From the NCBI GenBank assembly GCA_963724295.1, contig CAVRUC010000007.1, positions 544,001-608,000 of the forward strand: DNA of 64,000 nucleotides, written 5' to 3'. Under the pieces are notes generated by a model, which saw only the letters and a program-made list of their open reading frames with translations, made no database searches and was not told the origin of the DNA. Source of the stretch: an uncultured Chloroflexia bacterium. GTDB lineage: Bacteria; Chloroflexota; Chloroflexia; Thermomicrobiales; UBA6265. The translations under genes were made by a program, and so were the position numbers. Shown here one piece after another: positions 20,459-30,959 of the stretch (within the stretch, counting starts at the first letter, position 1; every line of letters begins with the position of its first letter).

Positions 20459-21580
20459 TCAGAGGCGAATTACCGAGCGCAGCGTCTCTCCCCGCTCCAT
20501 GGCGTGGAATCCTTCTTCCGCCTCCTCCAGCGAGATGACCCGGGTCACGACCCGATCCAGATCGAGGCGGCCCTGCTGATACCACTCCGCCAGCAGCGGG
20601 AAGTCCCGCGTCGGCAGGCAGTCGCCATACCAGGACGGCCGGATATGGCCGCCGAGGTCAAACAACTTGCCAAGTGGCAACTGGTCCAGGCTCGATTGTG
20701 GACCGGCCACGCCGATGATGACGCAGGTTCCGGCCAGGTCCCGGCTGAAGATAGCTTGCATGGTCGTGTCCGGGCGTCCCACCGCCTCGAACGAGTAGTT
20801 CACGCCGTAACCGCCGGTGATCGCCTTGATCGCTTCGACCGGGTCGCCCTCGGTCGGGTTGACGGTGTGGGTGGCGCCGAACTCGCGCGCCCACTCCAGT
20901 TTGCGCGGATCGATGTCGACGCCGATGATCGTCGTCGCCCCCGCCAGGCGACTGCCCATGATCACCGAGTCCCCAACCCCACCGCAGCCGAAGACCGCCA
21001 CCGAGGTTCCTGGTTTCACGCCAGCGGTATAGAGTGCCGCGCCGACGCCGGTCATCACGCCGCACCCAATGAGACTCATCTGCTCCGGCGGCAGTGCCGG
21101 ATCGTAGGGTATGCACTGCTTGCTGTGGACTAGGGTGTGGGTGCAGAAGGTGCCGATACCGAGGATCGGCGTCAGCGTGATGCCATCCATCGTGCGCATC
21201 CGCTTTTCGGCGTTGAGGCTCGCGGCGCAGAGGTGGGGTTGACCGACCTGGCAGAAACGGCACTGGCCGCAGGGTGCACGCCAGGCCAGGATCACGTGGT
21301 CGCCGGGCGCCACGTTGGTGACCCCTTCGCCGACCTGCTCCACGACGGCCGCGCCTTCGTGCCCAAGCAGGAAGGGAAACCCCTCCGTCCCGAAGACGCC
21401 GTTCTTCGCCGACAGATCGGTGTGACAGACACCGCTGGCGAGGATGCGAACGAGCGCTTCGCCCGGTCCCGGCGGGTCGATGGTGAACTCCTCGACCACG
21501 CCGGGTTCTCCCGGTTGGCGGGCGATGACACCGCGGGCGACGATCGACCCGTTGCCGTTGCTTGCCGAAGATTCCGCCAC
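20459..21580 (-). CDS. Zn-dependent class III alcohol dehydrogenase, S-(hydroxymethyl)mycothiol dehydrogenase-like
   Basis: 'GVCHTD', 'LLGHEGA', structural 'CGQCRFC', 'FGCGGVG', and 'SWYGDCLPTRDFP' typical of MscR/AdhE2. Confidence 0.85.
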   Translation of the reverse strand: MAESSASNGNGSIVARGVIARQPGEPGVVEEFTIDPPGPGEALVRILASGVCHTDLSAKNGVFGTEGFPFLLGHEGAAVVEQVGEGVTNVAPGDHVILAWRAPCGQCRFCQVGQPHLCAASLNAEKRMRTMDGITLTPILGIGTFCTHTLVHSKQCIPYDPALPPEQMSLIGCGVMTGVGAALYTAGVKPGTSVAVFGCGGVGDSVIMGSRLAGATTIIGVDIDPRKLEWAREFGATHTVNPTEGDPVEAIKAITGGYGVNYSFEAVGRPDTTMQAIFSRDLAGTCVIIGVAGPQSSLDQLPLGKLFDLGGHIRPSWYGDCLPTRDFPLLAEWYQQGRLDLDRVVTRVISLEEAEEGFHAMERGETLRSVIRL

Positions 21581-21803
21581 GGGGCTGCTCCTTGTCTCAT
21601 ATCGCGGTGCGACTGACGTTCAACTCGGTCAGGCTGACTGCGCGCTTTCCCGCAATCGTTACACATCTTCCAGGGCAGCGCACCCCGCCGCAGGCGCACT
21701 CGGCGGTCTCCCCTCTGGACGCCCACCGGGCCATCTCGTACGATCCAGCCGGCCTACGTCGACAATCGTGGCGCATGATGGACATGCGCGGAGGAGTCAC
21801 CCC

Positions 21804-22151
21804 GTGGCGGAAACGATCCGGAAGGCATTCGTCCTCAAGCTCAAGCCCGGCGCGCTGGACGACTACATCTACTGGCACGACAACATCTGGCCGGAGCTGC
21901 AGCAGGAGATCGCCCGGCAAGGCATCGCCGAGATCTCGCTGTTCCAGCTCGACGACATGATCTTTCTCCACTCTCGCGTCAATGACCCCGAGGCCTGGAC
22001 GCGGCTCTGGGACTCTGACGTCCACCGCCGCTGGGGCGAGCTGATGAACCCGCTGATGCACTACCGGGACGACGGCATCATCGATTCGCGCGAGCTGCGC
22101 GAGATCTGGCACTTCACACCTGACACCGCCGGCCAAACCAGTGCCGGCTGA
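21804..22151 (+). CDS. rhaM: L-rhamnose mutarotase
   Basis: 'RKAFVLKLKPG..DYIYWHDNIWPEL', 'RRWGELM'; GGAGGAG RBS with GTG start. Confidence 0.75.
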   Translation: MAETIRKAFVLKLKPGALDDYIYWHDNIWPELQQEIARQGIAEISLFQLDDMIFLHSRVNDPEAWTRLWDSDVHRRWGELMNPLMHYRDDGIIDSRELREIWHFTPDTAGQTSAG

Positions 22152-23613
22152 TCGGTACGATTTCGTCGTCGTCGGGGCAGGCTCCGCGGGCTGCGCGCTG
22201 ACCAACCGGCTCTCGGCGGACCCATCCGCCTCGGTCCTCCTCCTGGAAGCAGGGGGCGCGGACGATCGCGAGGCGATCCGGGTCCCGCGTCAGTACTTCT
22301 CACTCTGGGGCACCGACGTCGACTGGCAGTACGTCTCCACGCCACAGTCCGGAACGGCTGGCCGCACCCATCTCATGCCGCGCGGCCGTGTCCTCGGCGG
22401 CACGAGCAGTCTCAATGGCATGGTCTACCTGCGCGGCGCCGCGTCGGACTACGACCGCTGGGCCGCGGCCGGGTGCGCGGGCTGGGACTGGCGGTCGGTG
22501 CGGACGGCGTTCGAGGAGCTCGAAGCGTGGCTCCGTCCGGCGGTCTTGCACCCACATAACGACTTGACCGAGGCGATGGTCGAAGCCGCGACCCAGGCCG
22601 GCTTCCCCTATAACCCATCGTTCGACAGCGGCACGCTCGACGGCGTCGGCTGGAACAAGTCGACGATTGCCAACAGCGAGCGCTTCAACGCCTACCGCGC
22701 ATTTGTCGCGCCGGTGCTGGATCGGCCAAATCTGCATCTCCAGACCGGCGCCCGGGTGCTGCGCATCGTGGTCGAGGGCAACCGCGCGCGGGGTGTAGAA
22801 GTCCAGCGTGATGATGGCTCCCTGGAGACGATCAACGCGGGAGAGGTGATCCTCTGCGCGGGAGCGTTCGATTCGCCCCGCATCTTGCTCCTCTCCGGGA
22901 TCGGCCCCGCGGCCCAGCTGGAGCGGCTCGGCATCGCGCCGGTCGCCGACCTGCCGGTGGGCGAGAATCTGATCGATCACCTGCTGATCGGGGTCGTCTA
23001 CGACTCGTTGCAGCCGATCTCCGACTGCAACGCCTACGCCACCGAGGGCTGCGCCTTCACCCGCTCGACGCCGGATCGCGCCGATTGCGACATCCAGATC
23101 TCATTCGCCAAGGAGCCACACTTCGCCCCGGAGACGAACGACGGTGTGCCGCGCTTCACCATCATTCCGGGGATCACCCGCCCCAGGAGCCGCGGTACGG
23201 TCTGCCTTACGGCTGCCGATCCCGATGCCCCACTCGAGATCGACCCCTGCTACTTCAGCCACCCCGACGACATGCAGGCCATGATCCGGGCCGTTCGCCT
23301 CAGCCGGGAGATCGCCGAGCAGCCGGCCCTCGCCGCGTGGAACGCCGGGGAGCATTTCCCTGGTCCCGCGGTCCGCGACGATGACGAGATCGCGGCCTAC
23401 GTCGCGCGCGACGTCAGCACCTGGTTCCACCCGGTCGGTACCTGCCGCATAGGCGTCGAAGCAGACGCGGTGGTCGATCCCACGCTCCGCGTCCATGGCA
23501 TCGCCGGGCTGCGGGTTGCGGACGCCTCGATCATGCCCGACATCGTCTCCGTGAACACCAACGCCGCCGCGACGATGATCGGCTGGAAGGCCGGTGACCA
23601 CGCACTCGCGTGA
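22141..23613 (+). CDS. GMC family oxidoreductase (choline dehydrogenase-like)
   Basis: 'VVGAGSAG', 'PRGRVLGGTSSLNGMVYLRG', 'WFHPVGTC', 'LRVADASIMP'. Confidence 0.92.
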   Translation: MPADRYDFVVVGAGSAGCALTNRLSADPSASVLLLEAGGADDREAIRVPRQYFSLWGTDVDWQYVSTPQSGTAGRTHLMPRGRVLGGTSSLNGMVYLRGAASDYDRWAAAGCAGWDWRSVRTAFEELEAWLRPAVLHPHNDLTEAMVEAATQAGFPYNPSFDSGTLDGVGWNKSTIANSERFNAYRAFVAPVLDRPNLHLQTGARVLRIVVEGNRARGVEVQRDDGSLETINAGEVILCAGAFDSPRILLLSGIGPAAQLERLGIAPVADLPVGENLIDHLLIGVVYDSLQPISDCNAYATEGCAFTRSTPDRADCDIQISFAKEPHFAPETNDGVPRFTIIPGITRPRSRGTVCLTAADPDAPLEIDPCYFSHPDDMQAMIRAVRLSREIAEQPALAAWNAGEHFPGPAVRDDDEIAAYVARDVSTWFHPVGTCRIGVEADAVVDPTLRVHGIAGLRVADASIMPDIVSVNTNAAATMIGWKAGDHALA

Positions 23614-23738
23614 CGCGCGTAGAGCGGAGCAGCCTATGCCCGGCAGGGCGCGGCGCGCCCTGCCTCCAGCGGCCACGACTCGCAGCATGTCGTCAAAGTG
23701 TCCATCGTCCATCACCGGCTCTCCTGCAGGTGGCGGTC

Positions 23739-24098
23739 CTATTGGCAGACGCCGGCGCCGTTGCAAAACGAGGTCGAACCGCAGCAGTCGCAGTTGAAGA
23801 GGCACGAACCGCCGGCTGGCTTGCAGCAGACAGCGCGGTCATCGGAGCGACAGAAGTTCAAGGCGCAGATGGAGCCGGTCTTGCTCGGGCAACACTGCTT
23901 GTTGCTGCTACAGACCTGTTTGAGGCCCACCGAACGACACCGCCGGCGCCGGGCGTCGGCATCTTGCTGGACACCGCTCAGGCCGACAGCGGCCAAGGCC
24001 GAGCTCGCCAGAGCACCTGCGCCGGCACGGATGAACTGGCGTCGCGACGGGGCGACGGCATACGAGCGAGTCAGCGCATCGAATTTCTTGGTTTCCAT
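23739..24098 (-). CDS. Small Tat-exported cysteine-rich protein (14 Cys, tandem knottin-like)
   Basis: GGAGGAG RBS; 'METKKFDALTR...SRRQF' Tat leader, ADA cleavage site, mature ~70 aa with 14 Cys. Confidence 0.8.
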   Translation of the reverse strand: METKKFDALTRSYAVAPSRRQFIRAGAGALASSALAAVGLSGVQQDADARRRRCRSVGLKQVCSSNKQCCPSKTGSICALNFCRSDDRAVCCKPAGGSCLFNCDCCGSTSFCNGAGVCQ

Positions 24099-24341
24099 AA
24101 CTCCTCCTGGTTCTTCTGAGAGCGACCGCACCGGCCGCGCTCGTCTCCGGTTCCGAACTCCACGTTGGTCGCGTGGACCTGCGGCGATCATGGGCTCGTG
24201 AGACGACCCTCACCACCCGCAGGGGACACATTTCGGGCACGCATCGAGCACATCTCTGAAGCGTCTGGCGTCATGAGGCAAGGGCCGACAGTCCCCGCGG
24301 TTGCCGTGGCATCCAGGTCACCTTGTTCCTGTCGGCGTCTG

Positions 24342-24614
24342 CTAGCGATAGAAGTAGGGATCGAGAACGGAGACCTGCGAGATGTGGTCGACGGGAAGTC
24401 CGTTGCGCGCCGCGGCCTGGCGAATGGCTTCGGGATCCGGGCCGTCATAGATGCAGAACGTGGTCTGCTTGTCGGCGCTCACGTAGGACTGGATCCAGGT
24501 CACGCCGGCGTCGGCGTTACGTTCGACCACGCTGAGGCAGGCGGCGCTCCCCTCCTCCGTGACCGGGATTTGCAGGCCGTCAGGAAACGTGCGCTGCACC
24601 ACATAGCGTGGCAT
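24342..24614 (-). CDS. DUF4242 (SCO4226-like) small protein
   Basis: 'MPRYVVQRTFPDGL', 'GVTWIQSYVSADK..TFCIYDGPDPEAIR.AA..NGLPVD.I'. Confidence 0.85.
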   Translation of the reverse strand: MPRYVVQRTFPDGLQIPVTEEGSAACLSVVERNADAGVTWIQSYVSADKQTTFCIYDGPDPEAIRQAAARNGLPVDHISQVSVLDPYFYR

Positions 24615-24750
24615 GACATGACCTCCCACCGGTGGGGAAGCGACAGAAGCGGCCGGAATCCCTCACTGGAATCCCATGTCCGGTTTCGTCCGTCCCACCA
24701 ATGGGGCCATCATGCGCGCCGCCGGAGAGGGGGCGCATCGGGTGGAGACC

Positions 24751-27417
24751 CTACTTTGCGGAGGCAGATTCCCTATCTTGGGTGACGGTGAGCTGAAGAC
24801 CCAGGCGAGCGGCCGCGGCCGCTACTTCGCCGCGAGAATGGACGCCGAGCTTGGCCAGGATGTGGCCGACGTGGTGGCCGACCGTCTTGGGCGAGAGGTA
24901 GAGCCGTTGCGCGATGTCGGCATCACGTTGCCCGGCGGCGAGGAGGGGCAGAATCTCCAGCTCGCGGGCGGTCAATTGGCAGGGTTGGCCCGGGTGGTCG
25001 GGCGCGGCCCGCGCGGAATGGCGTGGGCGCCGCCCTCGCGCAGCCGCCGCGCGGCGAGAGCGGCTGCTGGTCGCGCGCCCAATCGCTCGAAGATCGCCAG
25101 GGCGCGACGTAAAGCCGGCTCGTCGCCATCGAGGAGCGCCAGCGCCGCGTCGTAGGGGCAGTCGAGCGCTTCCCAGGCCGCCGCCGCGCCGGCCCAGTCT
25201 CCGCCGAGCGCGAGACGATGCGGCGTCGGCAAGTGCTCCGGATCGACGAGGTCGATTGCCGGCTCCATTGTGGCTGGAACGTTGCAGCCAGATCGCCAGC
25301 TCGCCAAGTTCCCAGGGTGAGCCAAAGCGGAGCGCCAGCTCGAGCACCGCCTGCACTTCCGCCGCGGCGCGCTCGGTCTCCCCAGCCAACCATGCCGCTT
25401 CCGCGCGGGCGCTGCGGACCGGCCCCAGACGTTGCATCTCACCGATCGGCGCCGCGAGCGCCAGCGCTTCGTCGAGCGGGCCGGTCACGTCGGGATCACC
25501 CCGGCGAGCGCGGACGAGCCCGCGCGTGACCAACGCCGCGATCCGACTGATGGCGGCGACGTTTGGCGCAGTGAGGACGGCGGCCGAATCGTCGGTGGCC
25601 GCCGTCCAATCACCTTGGAGGAGCCGCAGATAACCGCGCAAGGCGAGCAGATAGTGTCGTAAGGAATCGAGGTCATGGTCGGTTGTGAAGGTGATCGCGT
25701 CGGCCAAATAGGCTTCGGCGCGAGGCAGGTCGCGCGCATGGACGGCGTGCCAGCTCAGGTTCGTCAGCGCGCGCGTCACGTGCTCCTCGAAACCCGCGGC
25801 GCGGGCCAGGGCGAGGCCGCGCTCCAACTCGTCGCGACCGCGCTCGTCGCCCGCCATGAGCCGCGCCGTGCCGACATTGGTCAACGCATGGACCAGGATC
25901 TCCGGCTCATCGAGGGCCTCCGCGAGGGCAATCGCGCGCTCTCCCCAGGCGACCGCCGATGCGGTCTCCCCGGCCAGCATGTAGAGCTGAGCGCGGTTGC
26001 TGAGCGCCATCGCCAGCTCCCGGCCGGGCGGCAAGGTCTCGAGGACGGCCAGCGCCGCTTCGGCTGCGGCGACCGCCTCGTCGTTGTGACCGGCGAACCA
26101 CGAATAGCGAGAGATCCAGCGCAGCGCATGGCCTTCTCGCACGCGGTCGTCTTGCGCTCGCCAGATCTGCAGCGCCTCCCGCCGCATCTCGACCGCTTCC
26201 GCCACACCTTCGGTCAAGTAGCACTCGTAGAGCGCACGCCTCGAGCAGTTCGGCTCGCTCCGTCGGCGGCTGGTCGCGGGCGAACCGAAGGGCCCGGGCG
26301 ATACTGGGCAGCAGCCTCGCGGTGGGCGTTCAGTCTGGCCGCTCGCCGCCCGGCCGCCGGCGCGAAGAGGAGCACGGCTTCCTGGTCGTCAGCTGCTTCG
26401 GCGTGGTGCGCCAGTCGAGCGGCGTCCTGCTCCAGCGATGGGGCTCGCTCGCAGCGTAGCCAGAACCTGCCGATGCAGGTCGCGGCGCCGCGGCGCCGAG
26501 ATCGCATCGTAGATCGCCGCTCGCGCCAGGTCGTGGCGAAAGGCAAAGCCATCGCCGCTCACGGCGACGAGCATCCCGCTAACCAGGCACTCCTCGATCG
26601 CCTCGACCGTCGTCCCGGCGGTCCCGTTCAGGAGATCGGCGTCGATCGGGGACCCGATCACAGCCGCCGCATCGAGCGCCGTCCGCGCCTCCGAAGTGAG
26701 TCGGGATGCGCGCGCCAGTACAGCGTCACGGACCGTGACGGGGACGCCGTCGCCTTCGCCACTGTCGGCCGCCAGGATCTCGGTGGCGAAGAAAGGATTG
26801 CCGCCGGTGAATCGATGCACGGAGAGTGGATCCAGCGTGCTGCCCGCGGCCAACGTCTGGATACTCTCCACGGAGAGCGGTGACACGTGCAGTCGACGCA
26901 TCGTTTTGCTCGTGGCTAGATCGCCCAGAGCCAGCCGTAGCGGGTGCTTGGCGCCGACTTCATCGTCGCGATAGGTGACGACCAGGAGGGCCCGCAGCGG
27001 TTCCAACCGCCGGCCGAGGTAGCGAAGGAGGTCGAGTGTCGCGTCGTCGGCCCAGTGGGCGTCCTCGACAATGGCCAGCGTCGGGGTCAGTCCGCTGGTG
27101 AGCTCGGTCAGGAACGCCTGAAAGAGACGGTCACGCGGGGCATCGTCGGCCAGCAGACGATCGAGCGTGCCACCGGCCTGGTACGCGATGTCCTGCAGCG
27201 GTGCCAATGGCCGCGGCGTCGAGAGCGGATCACAGGCTCCGAGCAGGATCCGCGCCCGTCCCTCAGCGGCGACTGCCTCCGAGAAGCGTGCGACCAGAGC
27301 CGACTTGCCGACACCGGCTTCCCCCGCGACGAGGGCCAACCGGCCCTGGCCGGCCGCCGCCTCCCGCAGCCAGGCATCGAGTGCCTCCAGATGCCGCTCG
27401 CGCTCCAGCAGGTGCAT
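24751..27417 (-). CDS. LuxR/MalT-type AAA-ATPase-TPR-HTH transcriptional regulator, multiple frameshifts
   Basis: 'LLERE', Walker A 'GEAGVGKS', 'VEDAHWAD', 'TGGNPFF', TPR region, C-terminal 'LTARELEIL..IAQRLYLSPKTVGHHV..KLGV'. Confidence 0.88.
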
Positions 27418-27826
27418 GCGCGCAGCGTATGCAAAAACGCCTTCCCGTCAAGCCAACCGCCAATTGCCTGGAGCCGGCTGCGGCGGGTCTGCAACAAGCC
27501 AGGAGTGCGGATCGCCCTTGGGAGTACCCGCCGGTTTCAGTCACGCGCGGGTCACGATCCGCTATGCGCTAACTGCCTACCTCCCGAATAATCAGGAGCG
27601 CTGCATCGAGCAATGTCCGAACTCCTCCGATGCGCGCGGAATTCCCGCTTTGCTCAAAGTCGACCGCGTCGAAACGAGTGGGAGAGCGTCGTCTCGCGGC
27701 ATGAGCTCGACTCAGCAATCGAGCACCGGGATGAAAAACATGATGCAGGTGATCAGGGGCTCTCCTCAGGTTGCTCCGAATGAGATAGGATGGAGCGAGT
27801 TGGCAGTGATGTATTTCGATAACCCG

Positions 27827-27865
27827 GCGAAACCCCTTCGACCCCGCCCGGCGAAGGGGTTTCGC
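27827..27865. terminator. Hairpin downstream of the fixC-like gene
   Basis: gcgaaaccccttcg ... cgaaggggtttcgc, 14-bp perfect stem. Confidence 0.55.
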
Positions 27866-27980
27866 AATCTCCATATCACGGGGCCCCAAATTCCTGTTTC
27901 GCCTGGTAATCTGCGTTCGGTCCCCGATCTTGGCGCCAAGGGCTATCGTCCCAACCAGAACCACATGCCTGAAGTCGCGC

Positions 27981-29276
27981 CTATGTCAGCGCGCGGGCCG
28001 CACCAACCAGGTCGTCGAGCAGGCGGCGCTTGGGGAGCGCTTTGATCATGGCGACGATCTTCTTCTGTTTCGCCTTCTTTGGCACCCCGTCGACGCGCAA
28101 GTACTCCTCGAACATTGCCGAGAGCACCTGTGGATAGTCGCGCAACAGGTGCGGCCGCGCGTGCGCGAAGTCGGTGACATTGCGGATCTTGTGCAGGTCG
28201 GCCATCACGATGCTCTCGTCGAGAAGCTCGCGGTAGCGCGACAGGCTCATCGCCGAGAAGTCGTCCTTCGCTTTGGCCTCGATGATGGCTTGCGCCGCCA
28301 GCTTGCCCGAGAGCATGGCCAGATTCCCGCCCTCGCGATTCACTGGATTGACGAGCTGCGCGGCATCGCCGACGACGACGGCGCCGTCGGCGAAGACTTG
28401 CGGCAGCCGGTTGTAGCCCGCCTCCGGAATCAGGTGACCCGAGTACTCGAGCGTCTCCCCGCCGGCGATGAGCGGCGCGATTGCCGGGTGGGCCTTGAAG
28501 CGGTCGAGCATGTCGTTGACGTTCAAGCCGGATGTGATCAGATCTTCCAGCAGCGCGCCGGTGCCGATCGAAAGGCTCTCCTTGTTGGTGTAGATGAAGC
28601 CGTAGCCAAGGAGCCCCCAGGTCGACTCGCCAAAGATCTCCAGCGCGGTGCCCATCCCGGCCGGTAGCGCGAAGCGCGCCTCGATGACGTCCGGGGGCAG
28701 CGCGATCAGCTCCTTGGCCACCAGCGCCTGCTCGATTGGCTCCCACTCGCGGTGCAATCCGATCTTCTGCGCCAGCATGGAGTTCGCCCCGTCGGCAATG
28801 ACGACGCAGCGCGCCAGCAGCTCGCCCTCCGCATCGCCGGTGGTGACGCCGACGACGGCGCCCTCCTCCCAGAGCAGATCGACGACGGTGAACTCGGCAT
28901 AGACCTCCGCCCCGGCCTCCTCCGCTTTGGTGGCGTACCAGCGATCGAAGGGAGAGCGCAGCACGGTGTAGGCGTTGAACGGGGGCTCGGCGAAGCGTTG
29001 CGAGCGGTAGGTGGCGCCCATCATCGCGTCATCGGTAAGCAGCAGGTAGCGCTGCTCGACGATGGGGCGCTCCAGAGGCGCCTCTTCCTCGAACCCCGGC
29101 GCCATGGCCTCGGTCGGCTCCCGGTAGAGAATCCCGCCCCAGACGTTCTTGGCTCCCGGAAACTGGCCGCGCTCCAGCACGACGACCGAGAGCCCGGCCG
29201 CCGCCATCTCCCTGGCCGCGGTGATCCCGGCCGGCCCGGCCCCCACCACGATGGCATCAAATCGATCGTCATCCAT
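27981..29276 (-). CDS. fixC: FixC-like FAD-dependent oxidoreductase (ETF:quinone oxidoreductase family)
   Basis: 'IVVGAGPAG', 'ERGQFPGAKNVWGG', 'GFIYTNKESLSIG', 'EYSGHLIPE', 'GDAA'. Confidence 0.82.
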   Translation of the reverse strand: MDDDRFDAIVVGAGPAGITAAREMAAAGLSVVVLERGQFPGAKNVWGGILYREPTEAMAPGFEEEAPLERPIVEQRYLLLTDDAMMGATYRSQRFAEPPFNAYTVLRSPFDRWYATKAEEAGAEVYAEFTVVDLLWEEGAVVGVTTGDAEGELLARCVVIADGANSMLAQKIGLHREWEPIEQALVAKELIALPPDVIEARFALPAGMGTALEIFGESTWGLLGYGFIYTNKESLSIGTGALLEDLITSGLNVNDMLDRFKAHPAIAPLIAGGETLEYSGHLIPEAGYNRLPQVFADGAVVVGDAAQLVNPVNREGGNLAMLSGKLAAQAIIEAKAKDDFSAMSLSRYRELLDESIVMADLHKIRNVTDFAHARPHLLRDYPQVLSAMFEEYLRVDGVPKKAKQKKIVAMIKALPKRRLLDDLVGAARALT

Positions 29277-29307
29277 GCCCGGATCCTTTTTTCAACCAGT
29301 GCGCGGA

Positions 29308-29410
29308 AAGTTTGCCAAGTTTGCCAAGCATTGCCAAGTTGCGGACGAATTGGGTCACAGGGTCGCAGGGTGGCAGGGAGAACGATGACCCCCCGCCACC
29401 CTGCCACCAC
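29308..29410. repeat. Intergenic 9-mer tandem repeat (AAGTTTGCC x~3.5) plus an inverted GGGTGGCA 8-mer array
   Basis: aagtttgccaagtttgccaagcattgccaagtt; cagggtcgcagggtggcaggg...cccgccaccctgccacc, related to 6899-6980. Confidence 0.65.
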
Positions 29411-29572
29411 GAGCGCAGCGAGTAACCACCCCGACACCCGACACGCGAACCCAACACCCATCACCCCCGGCCCCGCTATACTCCTTGCTGCTTTCGCGAG
29501 GAATCGGTACATCGCTGAATCCGCGCCGAACCGCGGGTTTTCGACACGTCTAGGCAAGGGGCAATCGGCCAG

Positions 29573-30799
29573 ATGGACTTCTCCCTGACTCCCGAGCAAG
29601 TTCAAGTTCGCGACACGGTGCGCGAGTTCGCCGCGCGCGAGGTCGCACCGCACATCCAGGAGTGGGACGCCAAAGTCGAGTTCCATCCCGAAGTGCTGCA
29701 CCAGATGGGTGAGCTCGGCATCCTCGGTCTTCCCATCCCGGAGGAGTATGGCGGCTCCGGGTTCGACTACGTCGCGCTCGCCCTCGCCTGCGAAGAACTG
29801 GAGTACGTCGACACCTTCTTGCGGGTCGTCATGAGCGTCCACGTGGGGCTCAACAGCCTGGCGCTTCTGCAATGGGCCAATGAAGAGCAGAAGCAGCGAT
29901 TTCTCGTCCCCCAGGCCCGCGGCGAAAAGTTCGGCACCTTCGCGCTGACCGAGCCAAACGCCGGGAGTGACGCCGGGTCGATCGAGTCTACGTACGTCCG
30001 CGACGGCGATGCCTACGTCCTCAACGGCGCGAAGATGTGGATCTCCCTCGCCGACTTCGCCGACCATTTCCTGGTCTTCGCCTCGTTCGACCGCAGCCAG
30101 AAGCACAACGGGCTCACCGCCTTCATGCTCGAGCGAGGGATGCCGGGTCTGACGACCGGCACGATCAAGGGCAAGCTGGGCGTGCGCGCCGGCAATACCG
30201 GCGAGCTGGCCTTCAACAACGTTCGCATCCCGCTCGAAAACCGCATCGGCGAGGAGGGCGAGGGTTTCAAGATCGCCATGAGCTGCATCGACCAGGGCCG
30301 CTTCACCGTCGGCGCCGGCGCCGTTGGGCTCATCCGCGCCTGTCTCGACGCCAGCACGCGGTATGCGAACGAGCGATTCGCCTTCGGTCAGGAGATTGGC
30401 CGCTTCGAGCTGGTCAAGCAGATGATCGCCAGGATGGTGGCCGGGTACGAAGCCTCCCGGCTGCTCACCATGCAGGCCGCCGAGCTGAAGAACCGGGGCA
30501 TCCGCAACACGCGCGAGACATCGCTGATGAAGTGGTACGGCTGCGACGCCGCGCTGGCGGCGGCAAACGACGCCATCCAGATCCACGGCTCCTATGGCTA
30601 TTCCAACGAGTACCCGGTCGAGCGCTTCTGGCGGAACGCGCGCGGCGCGGTGATCTACGAGGGCACGCGGGAGATCCACACCATCCTCCAGGCGGACTAC
30701 GCGCTTGGCTACCGGCAGGACAAGCCGCTGCGCTGTCCGCAGCCACCAGCAGAGGGATTCGAGCGTCAGGACGAGCGTATCCCGGCCCTGGCGCTCTAG
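29573..30799 (+). CDS. Acyl-CoA dehydrogenase
   Basis: 'FALTEPNAGSD', 'LNGAKMWIS', 'QIHGSYGYSNEYPVER', 'IYEGT'. Confidence 0.95.
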   Translation: MDFSLTPEQVQVRDTVREFAAREVAPHIQEWDAKVEFHPEVLHQMGELGILGLPIPEEYGGSGFDYVALALACEELEYVDTFLRVVMSVHVGLNSLALLQWANEEQKQRFLVPQARGEKFGTFALTEPNAGSDAGSIESTYVRDGDAYVLNGAKMWISLADFADHFLVFASFDRSQKHNGLTAFMLERGMPGLTTGTIKGKLGVRAGNTGELAFNNVRIPLENRIGEEGEGFKIAMSCIDQGRFTVGAGAVGLIRACLDASTRYANERFAFGQEIGRFELVKQMIARMVAGYEASRLLTMQAAELKNRGIRNTRETSLMKWYGCDAALAAANDAIQIHGSYGYSNEYPVERFWRNARGAVIYEGTREIHTILQADYALGYRQDKPLRCPQPPAEGFERQDERIPALAL

Positions 30800-30959
30800 G
30801 AGTCAAGCCGACTCCGACGACCCCTAGTCCTGAATTCAAAACACCCGTTGCGCAAACGCTGGCACGGTGCATGAAGGGCTTCCCTATGGTTGCCCTTCTC
30901 ACCGAGCCGCAACTCCACGCGTCGAGATGCTGGCTACACCCCGTTTCAAGGAGCAGATC

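Noticed and set aside
24900..26500. LuxR regulator as two or three separate genes
   Set aside because: The fragments join into one canonical ATPase-TPR-HTH protein; the breaks look like indel errors
27420..27980. Possible fixX, sRNA or small gene in the long intergenic region
   Set aside because: No ferredoxin Cys motif or convincing ORF; only one hairpin can be supported
29021..30679. Long antisense ORFs (this 552-aa one, 58705-60432, 55133-56497 and others)
   Set aside because: Shadow frames of well-supported genes in high-GC DNA, with no recognisable motifs
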